Source: Mobula hypostoma (lineage: Eukaryota). Taken from it: a stretch of DNA of 64,000 nt. Position 1 is the stretch's first letter; every line of letters begins with the position of its first letter. Both the position numbers and the translations under genes were made by a program. The stretch is taken from the NCBI RefSeq assembly GCF_963921235.1, contig NC_086108.1:27902001-27966000 (forward strand). The letters run 5' to 3'. The notes beneath the pieces were generated by a model, which saw nothing but the letters and a program-made list of their open reading frames with translations, was not told the DNA's origin and did no database searches. This document shows positions 47,981-62,160 of this stretch, in pieces.

Positions 47981-50516
47981 AAGTGACATGGACATAGCTC
48001 AGGTTTGCTTCCAGATGATCTCAATGCCTTCTAAGCTTGCTTTGACCACCAGAATAGGGAGGTACCATCGTGCACACCCACATCACCCAATGATCCTTTG
48101 GTCTCAGTATCTGAAGGTGACACGTGAGCTGTCTTCAAGAAGGTGAATCCAACGAAAACATCCAGTATGAATGGAGTACCTTGCCAAGTATGGAAGACCT
48201 GTGCTGACCAACTGGCTACTGTGTTCACAGATGTTGTCAGCCTCTCGTTTCGGTAGTGCGTGGTACCCACCTGCTTCAAGCAGGCTTCAGTTGTACTGGT
48301 GCCAAGAAGAGCATGGTGACCCTGCCTCACTGACCAGCGACCAGTGGCACTTGCACATACAGCGGTAAAATGTTTTGAGAGGTTGGTGTTGAAACATATC
48401 AGTTCCTGTCTAAGTGCCAACTTGGATCCACTCCAATTTGCCTACTGGAGCAACAGGTCTACAGCAGAAGCCATCTCGTTGGCTCTTCACACAACACTGA
48501 AACATCTGGACAGTGAAGATACATACATCAAGATGCACTGTATCAACTACAGCTCAGCATTTAATACCATCATACCCTCGAAACTAATCAGTAAACTTCT
48601 AGACTCGGGTCGCAATATACTGTTTTGCAATTGGATCATGGATTTCCTCACTTGCGTACCCCAGTCAGTTTGGATTGACAAAAATGTCTCCTCCCCAATC
48701 TCCATCAGCACAGGTGCACCACAGGGATGTATGTTTACTCCCCTGCTCTACTCACTTTACACCTATGGCTATGTGGCCAAGTACAGCTCCAATACATACT
48801 TCAGTTTGCTGATGAATTTGCTGATAAGTTTGCTGTTATGGTGATGAATCAGCATACAGGAGGGAGATTGAAAATCTGGCTGAGTGGTGTCATAACAAAT
48901 ACCTCTCACTCAATGTGAGCAAGACCAAGAAGCTGATTGTAGACTTCAGGAGAGGGAAACATGAGGTCCATGAGCCAGTCCTCATCAGAAGATTAGAGGT
49001 GGAGAGGGCCAGTAACTTAAAATTCCTGAGTGTCACTATCTCAGAAGATCTGTCCTGGACCCACCATATAAATATAATTGCAAAAAAGGCACAACAGCGC
49101 CCTTACTTCCTTTGGAGTCTGTGGAGATTCAGCATGACTTCAAAAACCTTGACGAGCTTCTATAGATGTGTAATGGAGAGTATATTGACTAGATGCATCA
49201 TGGCCTGGTATATGAACATCAATGCCTTTGAACAGAAAATCCAACAAAAGATAATGGATTCAGCCCAGTATATCATGGGTAAAGCCCTCCTAATCATTGA
49301 GCACATCTACATGAAATGGTGTCGTAGGAAAGCAGCATCCATCATCAGAGATCCCCACCACCGAGACCATGCACATCTCTCGCTATTGTCATCAGGTAGA
49401 AGGTACAAGTACCTCAGGACTCACACCACCAGGTTCAAGAAGAGTTACTATCCCTCAACCTTCAGGCTCTTGAACAAAAGAGGACAAATACTCCCATCTA
49501 TTGAGATGTTCCCATAACCAATTATCTCACTTTAAGGACTCTTTATCTCGTTATTTCATGCTCTCATTATTTATTGCTATTTATTTATATTTATATTTAC
49601 ATTTGCATAGTTTGTTGTCTCCTATTGTTACGATTTCGTAACGTACCAGCAGCAAGAGATGTCAAATTGAGTCGCATTTTAATATTAAAACCACTATATT
49701 TATTTACATCTACTCAAAAATATAGAAAATTAAATAAACTACTTTCTTAAACAGAGGTTAACGGTGTTATGCATCTGTAGCTCCCTTGCAGTCAAACTTA
49801 GAACCCGTACTTAACAAATCTTACTCAAGCACAGTCTTAAAGTGGCAGTTCAGAGAGTCCCAGTAATTCACAAAATAGGTGAGAGGAGAGACTTGTGGAT
49901 TCACAGTGCAGCGATGAGGTGATCATGATGAATTCCAAAGATTCGAACGATAAAAGGTTACCAAAGATCCCAGCCGAGGAATACTGTTCCAAAGCCCACA
50001 AAGTACGATTTCACAAAGTGACTGCCACGAAATCCACACCCATGGATCATACGAAGGACAGACACGTCTCCACAATGCACAGTGTGCCACTGATTAATCC
50101 AGTCCTTTGGGTATGGGTAAGCATGAGACTTTACCCTTCTCGATCATGAGCTGTTCCCAGATAGCTGGAAATCTGCAGTCTTCACTCTCTCTCTTTCCTA
50201 CGACTCCCTTCCCAGCACTATGCCCACATTTCTTTTATACCGTCGGCATATGTCATAAGGTAACGCTCACAGAAAGAAGACTGTGGACTCCCAGTAAAAC
50301 AAAACTGGGGACACGTGACGCCCACAGTAAATGAAACTATGGACTCCCAGGAAAACGAAACCGTGGACACGTAACACTATGCTCTTGTTCTTTCATTAGT
50401 CCTGTTTGCAGTTACTATTCTATAGATCTGCTGAGTATGCCTGCAGGAAAAAGAATCTCAGGGTTGTCTGTGGTGACATGCATGTACTCTGATAATAAAT
50501 TTTACTTTGAACTTTG
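47981..50516 (+). mobile_element. Rex1/Babar-like LINE with most of RT, interrupted by a solo LTR
   Basis: RPVALAHTAVKCFERLVL, LDPLQFAYWSNRST, INYSSAFNTIIP, TGAPQGC, QFADEFAD, SKTKKLIVDFRR ... TTRFKKSYYP; tail aataaattttactttgaactttga. Confidence 0.92.
49626..50376 (-). mobile_element. Solo LTR (751 bp)
   Basis: TGTTACG...CGTAACA inverted termini, 4-bp TSD CTAT (49622-49625 / 50377-50380), minus-strand AATAAA at about 49700 and TATAAA at about 50235, tandem sub-repeats at 50280-50376. Confidence 0.9.
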
Positions 50517-50877
50517 ATAGCCCTCAACATTGTCCACAACTCCACCAACCTTTGCAAATTTACTATCTCTCCCACTTGCATTTTCATCCAAGTCATTTAC
50601 ATATCACAAACAAAAGCGATCCCGGCTCTGATCCCTGTGGAGCACCTCTGGTGACAGTCCACCAGCTGAAATAATACTTTCCCATGACCCTCTTATAATA
50701 CTCTCCTGTCTTATGTGGGCAAGTCAATTCTGCATCCGTCATGCCCCGTGTCAAACTGTAACCCCCACAAACAGAGCTATGCCCTCACAATCTGTTAATG
50801 CTTATTCACGACTTGTGACACATTCATAGCTCCTTTCATACTCATGCTTTCCGTATAATACCTGAATTCACAATTTT

Positions 50878-51085
50878 AACATTTATTTATTGAGATACAA
50901 TGCGTAATAGGCCCAACCAGCCCTTCGAGCTGCGCTGCCTTGCAACCCCCGATTGAACCCTTGCCTAATCACAGGACAATTTGTAGTGACCACTTAACCT
51001 ATCAACTGGTATGGTTTGGACTGTGGGAATCTCACACGGTCATGGGGAGAACGTACAAACTCCTTACAGATAGCAGTGGGAATTT
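50878..51085 (-). mobile_element. V-SINE fragment
   Basis: Same family as 12070-12288. Confidence 0.8.
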
Positions 51086-53129
51086 GTTGACCACACCCTC
51101 AGCCTTGTTACACACACTCACATCACCTCACATTCTTACAGCCTGTATGCCTTCCACCCACTTTCAGAAAATCACAATCCACGCTGGCAATGTGTTGCCC
51201 ATTTACACATATTATGTCACACTCACTCACAATCCCTTGGCATGGTCCCATGCTGATAATCAGATACCCATACTCGTAATGTCACAGCCTTGTCCACACC
51301 CACACATCATCCACTGCGTACACTGATGGTAAAGCATTTGGAGCCATTCAAAGCAATTATTTGTATTTATTTACGAAGAAACATTCCTAGAAGCTCTAGT
51401 CATCACAAACCCCTCCAGCTCTTTAAATGTGGGACCCAAGACAATATTCCGTAGCAGGATGCAATAATATCAACTTGATAATTGCCAGATAATCAGTTTT
51501 CTTGGTGAAGTAAATTGAAGGATAAATATCAGCCAAGGTAGCAGGAAGAACTTCCCATGTTCTTCAACAAATTGATCCAAGGAATATTTTATAACAACCA
51601 CTTAAGAGAATACGAAGTTATTAGTTTAATCGCTCATTGAAATGACCACACCATCCACTGAATACCATAGCAGAGCACCATCTCGAGTCACTAGAGTGGG
51701 ACTTGAACACACAGCCATCGGGACCAGAAATAAATGGAATGATGACGAGCCAGACAGAAGCTGTACATTCCCACTGATTGCTAGGTTTTGCCTCAGTCAT
51801 TAGGTTTTGAGGGTGCATCTCTGCAATGGAAGCAAGAAGGGTAAGGTCTGGTATCCATCAGACCTTTAAAAATTGCCAGATTATCACCCATTCAAAATAT
51901 AGCCTCTGGAGCAGGAAACCAAACAATTCTCAGTAGAGCGCTTTCATATATTTTCAAAGCTTGCAAAATCCATGAACAAACTTGGCTTTTGCTAGATTTC
52001 AGTATTAAACTCATAATTTAGATATTGCCAGATGGGAATAGCCTAAAAAAGATTGGATAAACAATGCTTTGATTTAAAGTAGTAACCTTTCCAGTTTATA
52101 GCACTACTCAATCTTAGTGACTTTTAAGCAATTTATAGAACAATTTCTGACCCATCTTTCAGCTTTAGTACCTCTGATGTAATGAAGTAAAATGTTTGGA
52201 ATTTCCTCAATCACTAATAAGCAAATGTAAGGCCAAGATTTTCACTGGTTTTTGCTTAAATCCTTTGCACAAATCTTATCAAAAGAAGCTAAGTCTCATG
52301 TTTCCTGCTGTGCTTATCTGTCCAATAAATCATGTGCAAAGTAGCACTGGCAATAACAAAATTCTTTTCAGGAAAGAACCAAAGTGAATGTCTGCGTGTG
52401 TAGCTTATGTAGAGTTCTAGAAGTCTCTTGATAAGTTTACTCATAATAAACTGTCAGCAAAAATTGAACCTCAAGAAGACAAATGATCAAACTGGCTAAG
52501 AAATCCATTTGTCAGCAGAAGATAGAAAGCAAGAATAAAGTCTCTGTAACAAAATTGGAAGGTAATGATTAGGACAGTCGCCTGAGAATCTTTATTGGGT
52601 CGTCAATTACTATTGACTTAGATTGAAAGATGAAAGGTTAGTTTAACTGAACAGAGACTGAAGGAGTTAACAGACTATTGAGGCAAAGAATGACAAGTCA
52701 AGAGAGTATGTGTGCAGAAGAAAAGGCTAAATATGAAGACAAAAGAGACCACAGATGATGGAATATAGAGCAAAAAAAAAACAAGCAGTATGAGGAAGTT
52801 AGTGGGTCAAGCAACATTAGTGGGGAGAAAGGAATTACCAACTCTGGACATAACATATAGTTTGACCTTTAGACCAGGCAGCAAGGAAGATACAAAATAA
52901 TAAACATTCACATTTGTAAAGTTGTTTATAAAGCAATGAGAGAAAATTGATAACTGGGCAATCTCTTCACTTCTCAGGATGGTGCAAGAACAAGTGACCT
53001 GTAATAAAAGTCTCAATGACTAGTTATCCACCTACATAGTACATGGTTTCCTATCTTCCCCTTCCTGAAATTAAGTACTAGCCCCTTGGTTTTGTCAACC
53101 TTAAGCATTAGGTTGTTATTGCAGCACCT

Positions 53130-53400
53130 CGCAACTAGATGTTCTGTCTTACTCCTGCACACTGGGTCATCACACCTGTGATTCGGCCAGCAACATCTGA
53201 AAATATAGGCGCGGTATTGGAGTTGTATTTAGCCACACTGTCGTGGACATAAAGAAAGTAGAGCAGGCATCTAAGCACACAGTGTTGGGATGCATCTGTG
53301 CTGATGTTCAACAAGGAAGAGATGTTATTATGAGTTTGTACTGCCAATGAAGTTAAGGATCTCATTGCAAATGGAGATACAGAGGTCCAGGGACCAGAAT
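53130..53400 (-). mobile_element. Degenerate Rex1-like RT fragment
   Basis: Minus ORF LNISTDASQHCVLRCLLYFLYVHDSVAKYNSN. Confidence 0.6.
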
Positions 53401-53734
53401 CAGAATCAGGTTTAATATCACTGGCACAGGTTGTCAAATTTGATCTTAGGCAGCAGCTGTATATTGCAAATTGGAGCTGCTGGCACAAGTTGCCTTCTTA
53501 ATGGTGCCACCAGAAACAGGAGTTTGGTGATGAGATTCAAATCTTATTGATTTGTGCAGTAGTCTGTATACCCAACTCTTGTTACTATTTACCAATGCAA
53601 TGTACCAACCACCGTCTTTCCAGTAGTGGCTCAGTCTCCGAGGCTGTTTTCTTTGCTGTTCTTCTCTTTTTCAATACTTTTCCATGCTACTGGGGAAGGC
53701 CATTGCAGCCACTATCCTGACCATCCTGACTCAC

Positions 53735-54130
53735 AGAATTTAGAACTGTATAACACAGGAACAAACCTTTAACACACCATGTTGTGTGCCAATCTAACTG
53801 ATTGTATCTGCCTGCACATGGTCTACAATGTATCCCTCAGTACTGTGCCTGTTCATGTCGTAAACATTGATATTCTCTCTGCTTACATCACCTCCAAAGC
53901 CAACATGTTCCAGGCACCCATCTCTCTCTGTGAAAACATCTTGCCTCACAACTCTCTTTCCCTTTTCACCTTAAACCGATGCCCTCTAGTATTTGACATT
54001 ACCACCCTGGAAAAAAGACTGACCACTTTATCTATCCGTCATCTCCAGAGAGAGGAAGTGAGATGATCACCCTCTCTATGCCCTTCTTCATTTTGCATGC
54101 TTCTTTGAGGTTGCTCCTCAGCTTCCAACG
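53735..54130 (-). mobile_element. Degenerate CR1 3' end
   Basis: Reverse complement of CR1 terminal region. Confidence 0.6.
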
Positions 54131-54659
54131 CATGGAAGAGGGGATCCAATGGATTCCGTTTTTACTGCTGTCTTTGTTTGATTACTCATTTGTCACCGCA
54201 CCAAAGATTCCACTGTGGTTACAAGGTCAACGGCGGTTGATGGCCATTGAGATCATCAGCATGAAGCGCCTTCTGGGAAGGGGAGAACTGTGGAGCCAGA
54301 CAAAGAGAGAAGGAGAGAGCAGTTTCCATCACACCGAATAGGAGGTGAGGAGAGTCCATCAGCACGTGGTATAGGTATTGCCATTCCTCGGCATTCGGCT
54401 CACTCACCATGTCAGCCACAGTGCAGGCCTAAGCCATACATCGTAGTGCCCAATAGTTACACTGCTCAATTCATTCTGCCCAACACCAACCCTCGCAGGC
54501 ATCCACTCCATACTGTGCTATTTATTTATATAACACTGCAGGACCCTGACGCAGCGGGCTGTTATACTGTGAAGGGGAGGTGTTCACCTCAATTACCCAG
54601 CACCCAACTTCATGGCACACCAATGGTTTGTGTCAGGTTCCTTACTCAGCAATGTCAGT

Positions 54660-55412
54660 AACTTTAAAGTTCAAAATACATCTATTATCAAAGTATATAT
54701 AACCGTGAGATTTGCCTCCTTTCAGGCAGCCACAAAACAAAGAAACTTAATAGAACCCATTAAAAAAAAGAAGACCGGCAAAAACCCAATGTGCAGAAAA
54801 AAAACAAACCATGCAAACAATAAAAATAAGCAAATAACAATCAGACCTAAAGTTTACCAAAGTGAGTCCACACCCATGAAACTAGTCATCACTGCAGCCG
54901 ATCCAGGGGCCTGTTAGTTGCAGGCTACAGCCTCAATTCAGCACAGACAAGTAAACCTTGTTGAGCAGCAAGGTGAACAGTGGCCAGTCCCTCGCCTCTG
55001 GTTCTGACACCCTGATCTTTTCAATCTGCCGCAGTGCTTAAATCGGCCAAACCTCAGATCATTGCTCGCTCTCAGAGCCAGGCCAGTGCCCTGCTCCCTC
55101 AACACAGCCTCGCCTCTGCTTGCCTAGCCTCAGTTCTGCCGCATCGAATCACCTCCATGTCTGCTCCAGCAATGGCCAAACATGACTCGGGCCCGTACCT
55201 GCAATTCCACAATCGTCCTGCACCCGCTCACTTCAGATCACAGTGCAGAAATGCCAGGTCATACAGGCGGTTCAAAAGCTCATTGCCGAAAGAGAAGTTG
55301 CAGGCTATTGATTGCAGTGATCGTATCCAAGGAAAAGTGTGATTAATTTCAGTAATTTATAGTTTTATTTATTTCCAGCAAGGGTTTGCTGTGCTTCACC
55401 AGTGCCATCTTA
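54660..55412 (-). mobile_element. Non-coding interspersed repeat with Rex1-like tail
   Basis: Starts aaagttcaaaatacatctattatc (reverse of the actttgaac tail); GC-richer body; family not named. Confidence 0.45.
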
Positions 55413-55727
55413 TAGCAGCTTTATGAATAGGCCCTTAAATGGCCCTCCTTAAATGGCCCTCCTGACAGCTTTCATTCCCACCCTAACAGCTTTCATAACC
55501 ACAGATGCTGAAAATCTGACATAAAAAGTGAAAATGCTGCAAATGCTCAACCAGTCGGGCAGCATCCATGGAGGGTGAAGTAGAGTTAATGCTTCAACTC
55601 AAGTTCTTGGCATTTTAGTACTGGGACTCAAAACAAATTTGAGCTCCCTCCTGTAACATCTCCTTTTGTAATTGCTCTTCCAAAACTTCCCAGATATATC
55701 GGTTGGAACCATAGTGATGTACATGTA

Positions 55728-56220
55728 ATAGAACATGGAACATAAGGAGTACAACACAGTACAAACCCTTCAGCCCATGATGTTGTGTTGACCTTTTTGA
55801 ATGACTCCAAGATCAATCAATGCTTCTATTCCTCGGAACCTTCCATTTTTCTTTTATCCATGTTCGTAGCTAAGAGTTTTTGACTGCCCATTATGTATTT
55901 GCCTCTGCCCCCTGGCAGCATGTTCCATGCACCCATCACTCTGTTAAAAACCTACCTCTGACATTCCCCTATATTTTCCACCAGTCTCCTTAAAATTACA
56001 CCCTGTTGTATTAGCTATTTGCACCTTGGGGACAAGGTGCTGGCTGTTCTCTCTTTCTATACCTCACATAATCTTATCCCTATACATCTTTATCAAGTCT
56101 CCTTTCATCCTCTTTCACTCCAAAGAGAGGAAGCCCCAACTTACTCATGATTTCCTCATATGAGACACACTCTTTAACCCAGGCAGGATCATAATAAATC
56201 TCCTCTGCACTCTCTCTAAG
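55728..56220 (-). mobile_element. CR1 3' end fragment
   Basis: (aacata)n tail and reverse-complement CR1 terminal ORF. Confidence 0.7.
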
Positions 56221-56614
56221 GTAATGTGATCGAATTTTCTTTACTATGTTTGAAGTGCGCCCATCAACACATTTTTATTTTTCAAACTAACCTCTTGCCA
56301 GCTTGGCATGTTATGAATTACTCCAAGAAAATTCTTGAAGGGTTAAAGCATTCTAAAAATGTTCATGTTAACATGGATTTGCAGGGCTGGGTTTCAACTA
56401 TATCCCTTCATATCAGTAAGTAAAGGTTAGGTGCAACACTGTCTGTAAAATAATTTCCTTCTAACTATATCTGAAAGAATCTCCACATGAATTTTTTGTT
56501 TTTGCAAACTGGATCTGAGTTCTTCTATAATGCAGTGGTGATACCTGACCCCCAGATGCTTGACCCCGTCCACCAACACCAGGAAGCTATCCATATATTT
56601 CCCACTACGAGCAC

Positions 56615-57060
56615 ATAGTGTCATAGAATAATACAGCACAGAAATAGGTCCTTTGGCCCTTAAATGCCCAACTAAGTGAGTCCCACTTGCCTGCATCTGG
56701 CCCATACCTCTCTAAGCTTTTCCTATCCATGTACCTGTCCAAATGTCTTTTAAATGTTGCCAATGTACCTGCATCAACTAATTTCTCTGGCTGCTAGTTC
56801 CATATACACAACACCTTCTGCATAAATAAGTTGCTACTTGGGTCCTTTTTAATTCTTCCGTTCCGCCTTCAGCATGTGACCTCTAGTTTTTGGTTCCCTT
56901 TTCATAGGAAAAAAACTGTGTAGATTTACAATGATGATTCTAAACATCTCTATAAGCTCACCAATCAATCTCCGACTTTCCAAAGAATAGAAGTCCTTTT
57001 TCTCCCTATAACTCGGGTCTCTTCATCCTGGTATCAGTCTCATGACTATCTTCCACATTT
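56615..57060 (-). mobile_element. CR1 3' end fragment
   Basis: Reverse complement of FKRHLDRYMDRK..RYGP terminal motif and 3' UTR. Confidence 0.75.
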
Positions 57061-57109
57061 GGAGCATGCTCCATTAAAACAAAAGTCATTTTCACTGGGA
57101 AGCACAGAA

Positions 57110-59060
57110 TTTATTCCCCATCCCTAACCAGCCTTGAGAAAGTGGCAATGAGTTGCCTTCTTGAACCACTGCTGTGCTTCTGACAAAGGTGATCTCATGG
57201 TGTTTTTGGGGAGGGAGTTCCAGGATTTAGAACCAGGAAGAGTGACAATACACCCAGGTCAGGATGGTCTTGGACAGGAAGGTAAAGGTGGTGATGTTCC
57301 CATATGCACTCTACCCATGTCCCACCTGGTGGATGAGATTTGGAATATGTTGTCAGAGTAAACTGGGCATGTAACTGCAGGGCATTTAGTAAGTGGCACA
57401 GGACTGTGCAAAAGTCTTAGGGACATATGCTGTGTATAGCTAGGGTGCCTAAGACTTTTGCATAGTACTGTATTTGTCAACGTGGAGAAAGGTCATAAAT
57501 CTGGTGGGAGCAAAGGATGTTGGGAATGGTGAGGGTGGAGCGCCACAGGAGGGGTCTGGGATGGGTGGCAGAGAAGGAGTGCCAGGGGCTGAAGATGATG
57601 CAGGTGCAGACACAACCAGCTCTGAGACACCAGGCAAGGTCATTTGATACCAAACTATTGATTTATTGATCATTATAGAATGTCTCTCTGGAGCTTCCTG
57701 CTCCCTCTTCTCTCCCTTCCCCTTCTCCCAGCCATGATTCCTTTCTCCCTGCCCCCTTCCCACTCTCAATACACAATAGAAACCCAATCAGAATCAGGTT
57801 TATCATCACTCACATATGTCATGAAATTTGTTTTATTTTGTGGCAGCAGTACAGTGCAAAAATTACTGCAGCACTGTGCAACAATCTTTGCGCCATAGCT
57901 GCTCTATATTTGGGTGTGTGTGTGTGTGTGTGTGTGCCTAAGACTAACTCACATAGTTGGGCATCTAAGGGCCAAAGGACCTATTTCTGAGCTTTATTAT
58001 TCTCTGTGCACCTTAGATACTGTACATCAGCAGTGGAGTATAAGAAAGTGACGGGTGCTGAAAGAGGTGGCCGTCAAGTGGGATAATTTGTCCTGAGCAG
58101 TGTCAAGCTTCTTAAGAAGTTATTGGCATTGCACCCATCCAGGCAATTGGACAGTATTCCATCGTGATCCTGCTTGGACCGGGTAGATGATGAAAAGGCT
58201 TTGGGAATCCAGGTGATCAGTCACTCACATCAGGATATTTGGTATCTGACTTGCTCTTATAACCAGAATATTTGTGTGGCTAGTCCAGTTGAGGTTCTGG
58301 TCAATAATGATTCCAAGGTCAATGTTGTTTAGGTTTCAGAACAATCAAGCATGGGCTGCTTCAGCAGATGAATATAGCTGAACATTGTGACTCATCAGTG
58401 AATACCCAATCTTCTGACTTGATGATGGAAGGATGATGCTGCTGAAGATGGTTGGGTTTAGGACCCTATCTGAAGTATTCCTGGAGTAATGATTGATCTC
58501 CAGCAACGACGACCATCATTTCTTGTGTGTAGATTGACTTCAACCCTTTAACTTTAGTTTTACTAGGGTATACATCCTGTCAAATGATGTTGCGATGCTG
58601 AGATTAATCCCATTCAGCTGACCTCGGGAATTCAAAGATCTTTACAAGTTGTTCAAAGCTGATTAGCACAGCTTAACCCATGCATGTAGCTGCAATATGA
58701 AGCCTTTACTCTTATCCTCAGTACTCTGACCAATGAGGGCAAGCATGCAATATGCCTTCTTTATCACGCTATCTACCTGCATGGCTACTTGCAGGGAGCT
58801 ATGGATTTGGATCTCAAGATCCCTTGTTACATCATTTAGATCAGGGGTTCCAAACCTGGAGTCCACAGCCCCCTTGCTTAATGGTATTGGCCCATGATTT
58901 TAAAAAGATTGGGGACCCTGATTTAGACCAAAACTGCTGTGAAGTCTGAAGCTGTGTGGCCCGAGCAAAATCCAAACTGGACACTACTGCTGAGTACTAC
59001 AATGTTGACAATATGCTCCACCAGTTTCAAATGACTGGAAAGCTGTTGCCAGGTTGAATT
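57110..59060 (-). mobile_element. Old CR1-like LINE, fragmented by younger insertions
   Basis: Pieces 57110-57395, 58015-58650 and 58930-59060; the first two align to 300-900 and 13640-13860. Confidence 0.5.
57399..57945 (-). mobile_element. Composite non-autonomous element with Tc1-type mini inverted repeats
   Basis: Hairpin 57399-57470 (CAGGACTGTGCAAAAGTCTTAGG...CCTAAGACTTTTGCATAGTACTG-TA), core homologous to 24976-25388, second decayed hairpin with (GT)n at 57868-57945. Confidence 0.7.
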
Positions 59061-60369
59061 TGTGCTGTCAGTAAAGATCATTGCTGTAACTATACAAGGA
59101 AAGATGGGCTAGAAACACAACTGGAACACTATTAACTTCACTTTTTGATGATTATGACAAACTGACTTTTATATCAGACCCAGATTTTTTAGTGTCTTAC
59201 CAGAATAGTGTTTTATTAATGGCACTCTATTGAATTTGTTAATATACACATCTCTGCTCATGACCGAGGTGTCAACAATGGTGTCAATGATCATGTTGGG
59301 CACTAATCATGAACTTTCTGTCTGATTTTAAAATAGTTGCTTTTATCGTTATAACCATTAGTGACACTTGTGCTGTTTGCCTTCACTCTTCCTGCAGCTC
59401 ATCAGCTTCAATACTGTGCAAGCACCTTTCTATAACTGGCGCTGCCCTTACACTGGGGACTTACTTGGGATATTATTCTGGCATTTGCTCTTTTCTTCTG
59501 CAATGAAACCACTTCATTGTCCTTTAGTGCTGTTTCATCTCCATTACATTGGTGCCAGAAATCATTTTGAACAAAAACATTCAATTAGAAGTTTGAGACA
59601 AAACCTTCAGCATTACTTTACTACAATCACTAAGGGCCTCAGGTGACCATTGATTCCTGGTTCCAAGTTTCTGATCCTCTTCCATCACCCAAGGGTGCCA
59701 AATAGAGGCGATCATGTAATCCCTCCCATCATCTCATTGAAGGAAACATCTGTCTCATGATGCTAGGAGACTGGCATCATAATATAGCAAACAAGGCAGC
59801 CAATTACTGCACAGCAACACCTCACCCAAAGCAATAAATATGCAATCAATTTTTATTGACTTTGGCTGAGGAAATGTGGAATAGAAAAGATTCAAATGAA
59901 CGATGGACAAAGTGGTGCTGATGAAACTCAGAAGTCCAGAGGAGCTGCTATATGGTAAAATAGAAGCTGTCAAATAAATCTTTCCTTGGAATCTATCCTA
60001 GAGATTGCAAGAAATTTTAAGCGACAAGAACTTGGATGAGGTTTCACTTTAAAATCTGTGAAGTTCTTGACAAGCTTCCGTAAATATTCAAACCATATCC
60101 AAGTGCTGAAAGCTCACGAGGCTCCCATGGATATCAGTTTGCTGAGGAGAAAGTGGCAGAGAAGGGAAAAGGGGACCAGAGCTTCTTGGAGAGGACATGA
60201 AAGATGAATAATGACTGGGACACAAAAAATTCCAAATAATGAAAAGATCGGAGAGACTATACTGAATGGAAAACTTTGTATGGATACGAAGAATCTGCAG
60301 TTTAAATACTGCTGTAAGATTTCTTTTTAATGGAGCCAATTCAACCCTTCAGAAATTGATGTTGTACCG

Positions 60370-60735
60370 AATCTCTACTGCCTGTTACGTCACTGGTGTT
60401 TAAGACAACAGTGAAGTTTCCTCCTCTCTGGTGGTGTTCAGGGCTTCCTTCGTCGAGTCAATAGCCCGGTTTTCATTGCTGTTAGTCATGCAGATTCCAG
60501 GTGGAGACTCAGGAATACCATCACACTCAAATGTATGATGTTCACACACAGATGTACTGTATCATTGCTCTTTCTATAACAATTTTGTTTTACCAGTCAG
60601 GGTTGTTAGCCCTGAGCTGAACCGCTCTTAGTCTGGCCTGTTTGGCGTGGGTGACTCTACCAAGAGCCAAAGCATAAAGGCCTGACTCCAGCCTACATAG
60701 CTCTCTGGGTCATTGAGGGACACAAGCCTCCTGGA
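60370..60735 (-). mobile_element. Non-coding interspersed repeat, RTE-UTR-like
   Basis: gggttgttagccctgagctgaacc...ggtgactctaccaagagc...actccagcc.acatagctctc recalled as an RTE-type UTR; no second copy in the window. Confidence 0.35.
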
Positions 60736-61959
60736 GTATATTGTAAACTAACTCAGGATAAAATATAGATATATTCCTAAGCACAGCTTAATCTCAAAAT
60801 TATATGCAAAAGCATTAAGAGTTCTTTTCAGAGTGTAACTCCTTAAAGAGTTAAAAGGCGTTTGATGCTTTCTTTTATTCTGCAGGCAATCCATATGAAA
60901 ACATCCATCTGTGTGAGACACCTTCCCTGACTGAATTGATATCATCAGTAATCATTACCATAATTAGAATGGCAGGGGCACATATGTTTCAGATAGTGAG
61001 GATAATAAAAGGGAGACAGCAATGCAAATGCAGTTTAGCTGCAGTATGGCAAAAGCATGCCTTTGGGAGTCACTTGTCAATTCAAAATTAAAAACCTGGA
61101 GCAAGAACCAAGCTTAACTACTCTATTAAATTAGCATCCCAGTGATACTCATTAAGCATCAAATTGCAGCCCATCTTCACAAAAAAAAAATCAGGACTTT
61201 ACTTAAAAGTCTACTGTGAAGAATCATGTATCTGAGCATTGACTATTTAGAACAGATTAGACATTAGTTTGGAAATTTAGATGCATTGTGCCTGTTTTAT
61301 GCACAATCGTAAAGCAATTGTAAAGCTGAATGTGATGACGACTTTATAACTCATAAAGCTTCCACTGAAGCTTTGATTCAGGCAATTGAAGGACACTGGG
61401 CCTGCAGTAGTGACATTGGTCATTGAACAACATATGTCCGATATCACTGTTACAAAACTGGACTGCTAATAGTTTAGGATGCAAGAATAGAGAAGCAGGT
61501 CTTTGTGTGCAGGGTGTAACTCACTGAGTCTGAGAGAGTTACAACATGGAAACCAATCCTTTAGCCCAGGGAGTCTGCACTCACCATATTCTTACATTGG
61601 GGCCCAAGCGAGGTACGGGCTGATTAAGATCACTGCTCCACAATGTTTGCTTGGCTCTGAACTATGAGACTCTCTTGCAGACATCAGTTCAGAAACACGA
61701 GTCGCTTGCAGGTACTGTTTGCGCGATTTTTTGTCATTGCACGTTGGGTGTTGGATGGTCTCTTTTATGGGTTAATTTATTCTTCTCTTATGGACGTGGT
61801 GTGTTTTTTTTAAATTCTCTGCTCATTGGGTGTTAGACAGTCTTCTTCCATATATCTTGGGTTTGATTTTGATTTTCTTTGTTTCGACACTGCCTGTTAA
61901 GAGACGAATCTCGAAGCTGTGTAACGTATACATACTTAAACAATAAATGTACTTTGAAC

Positions 61960-62160
61960 CTTCTGATCACCCCTCAGATCTGATCACTCAGCTACACACG
62001 AGAGGCTACTTGGAGCAGCCAATCCACACATCTTCAGGATGTGGGAGAAAACTGGAGCATGCAAGGGGACGTGCAAACTCCACACAAACTGTATCAGTGC
62101 TCAGGACTGGACCTGGCTTTCTGGTCCTGTGAGGCAGTCGATCTACCAGCTGCACTATTC
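61960..62160 (-). mobile_element. Degenerate V-SINE
   Basis: ggatgtgggagaaaactggagca...tgcaaactccacaca is the reverse of the V-domain. Confidence 0.7.

Noticed and set aside
54219..54661. First exon ending in ATG|GTGAGT on the minus strand, or the 123-aa plus ORF
   Set aside because: Only one donor-like motif; no CpG island, promoter or homology support.
59368..60340. Coding exons in the unique stretch near 59.4-60.3 kb
   Set aside because: There are isolated splice-like motifs and short open frames, but no consistent acceptor-donor pair with a recognisable peptide.
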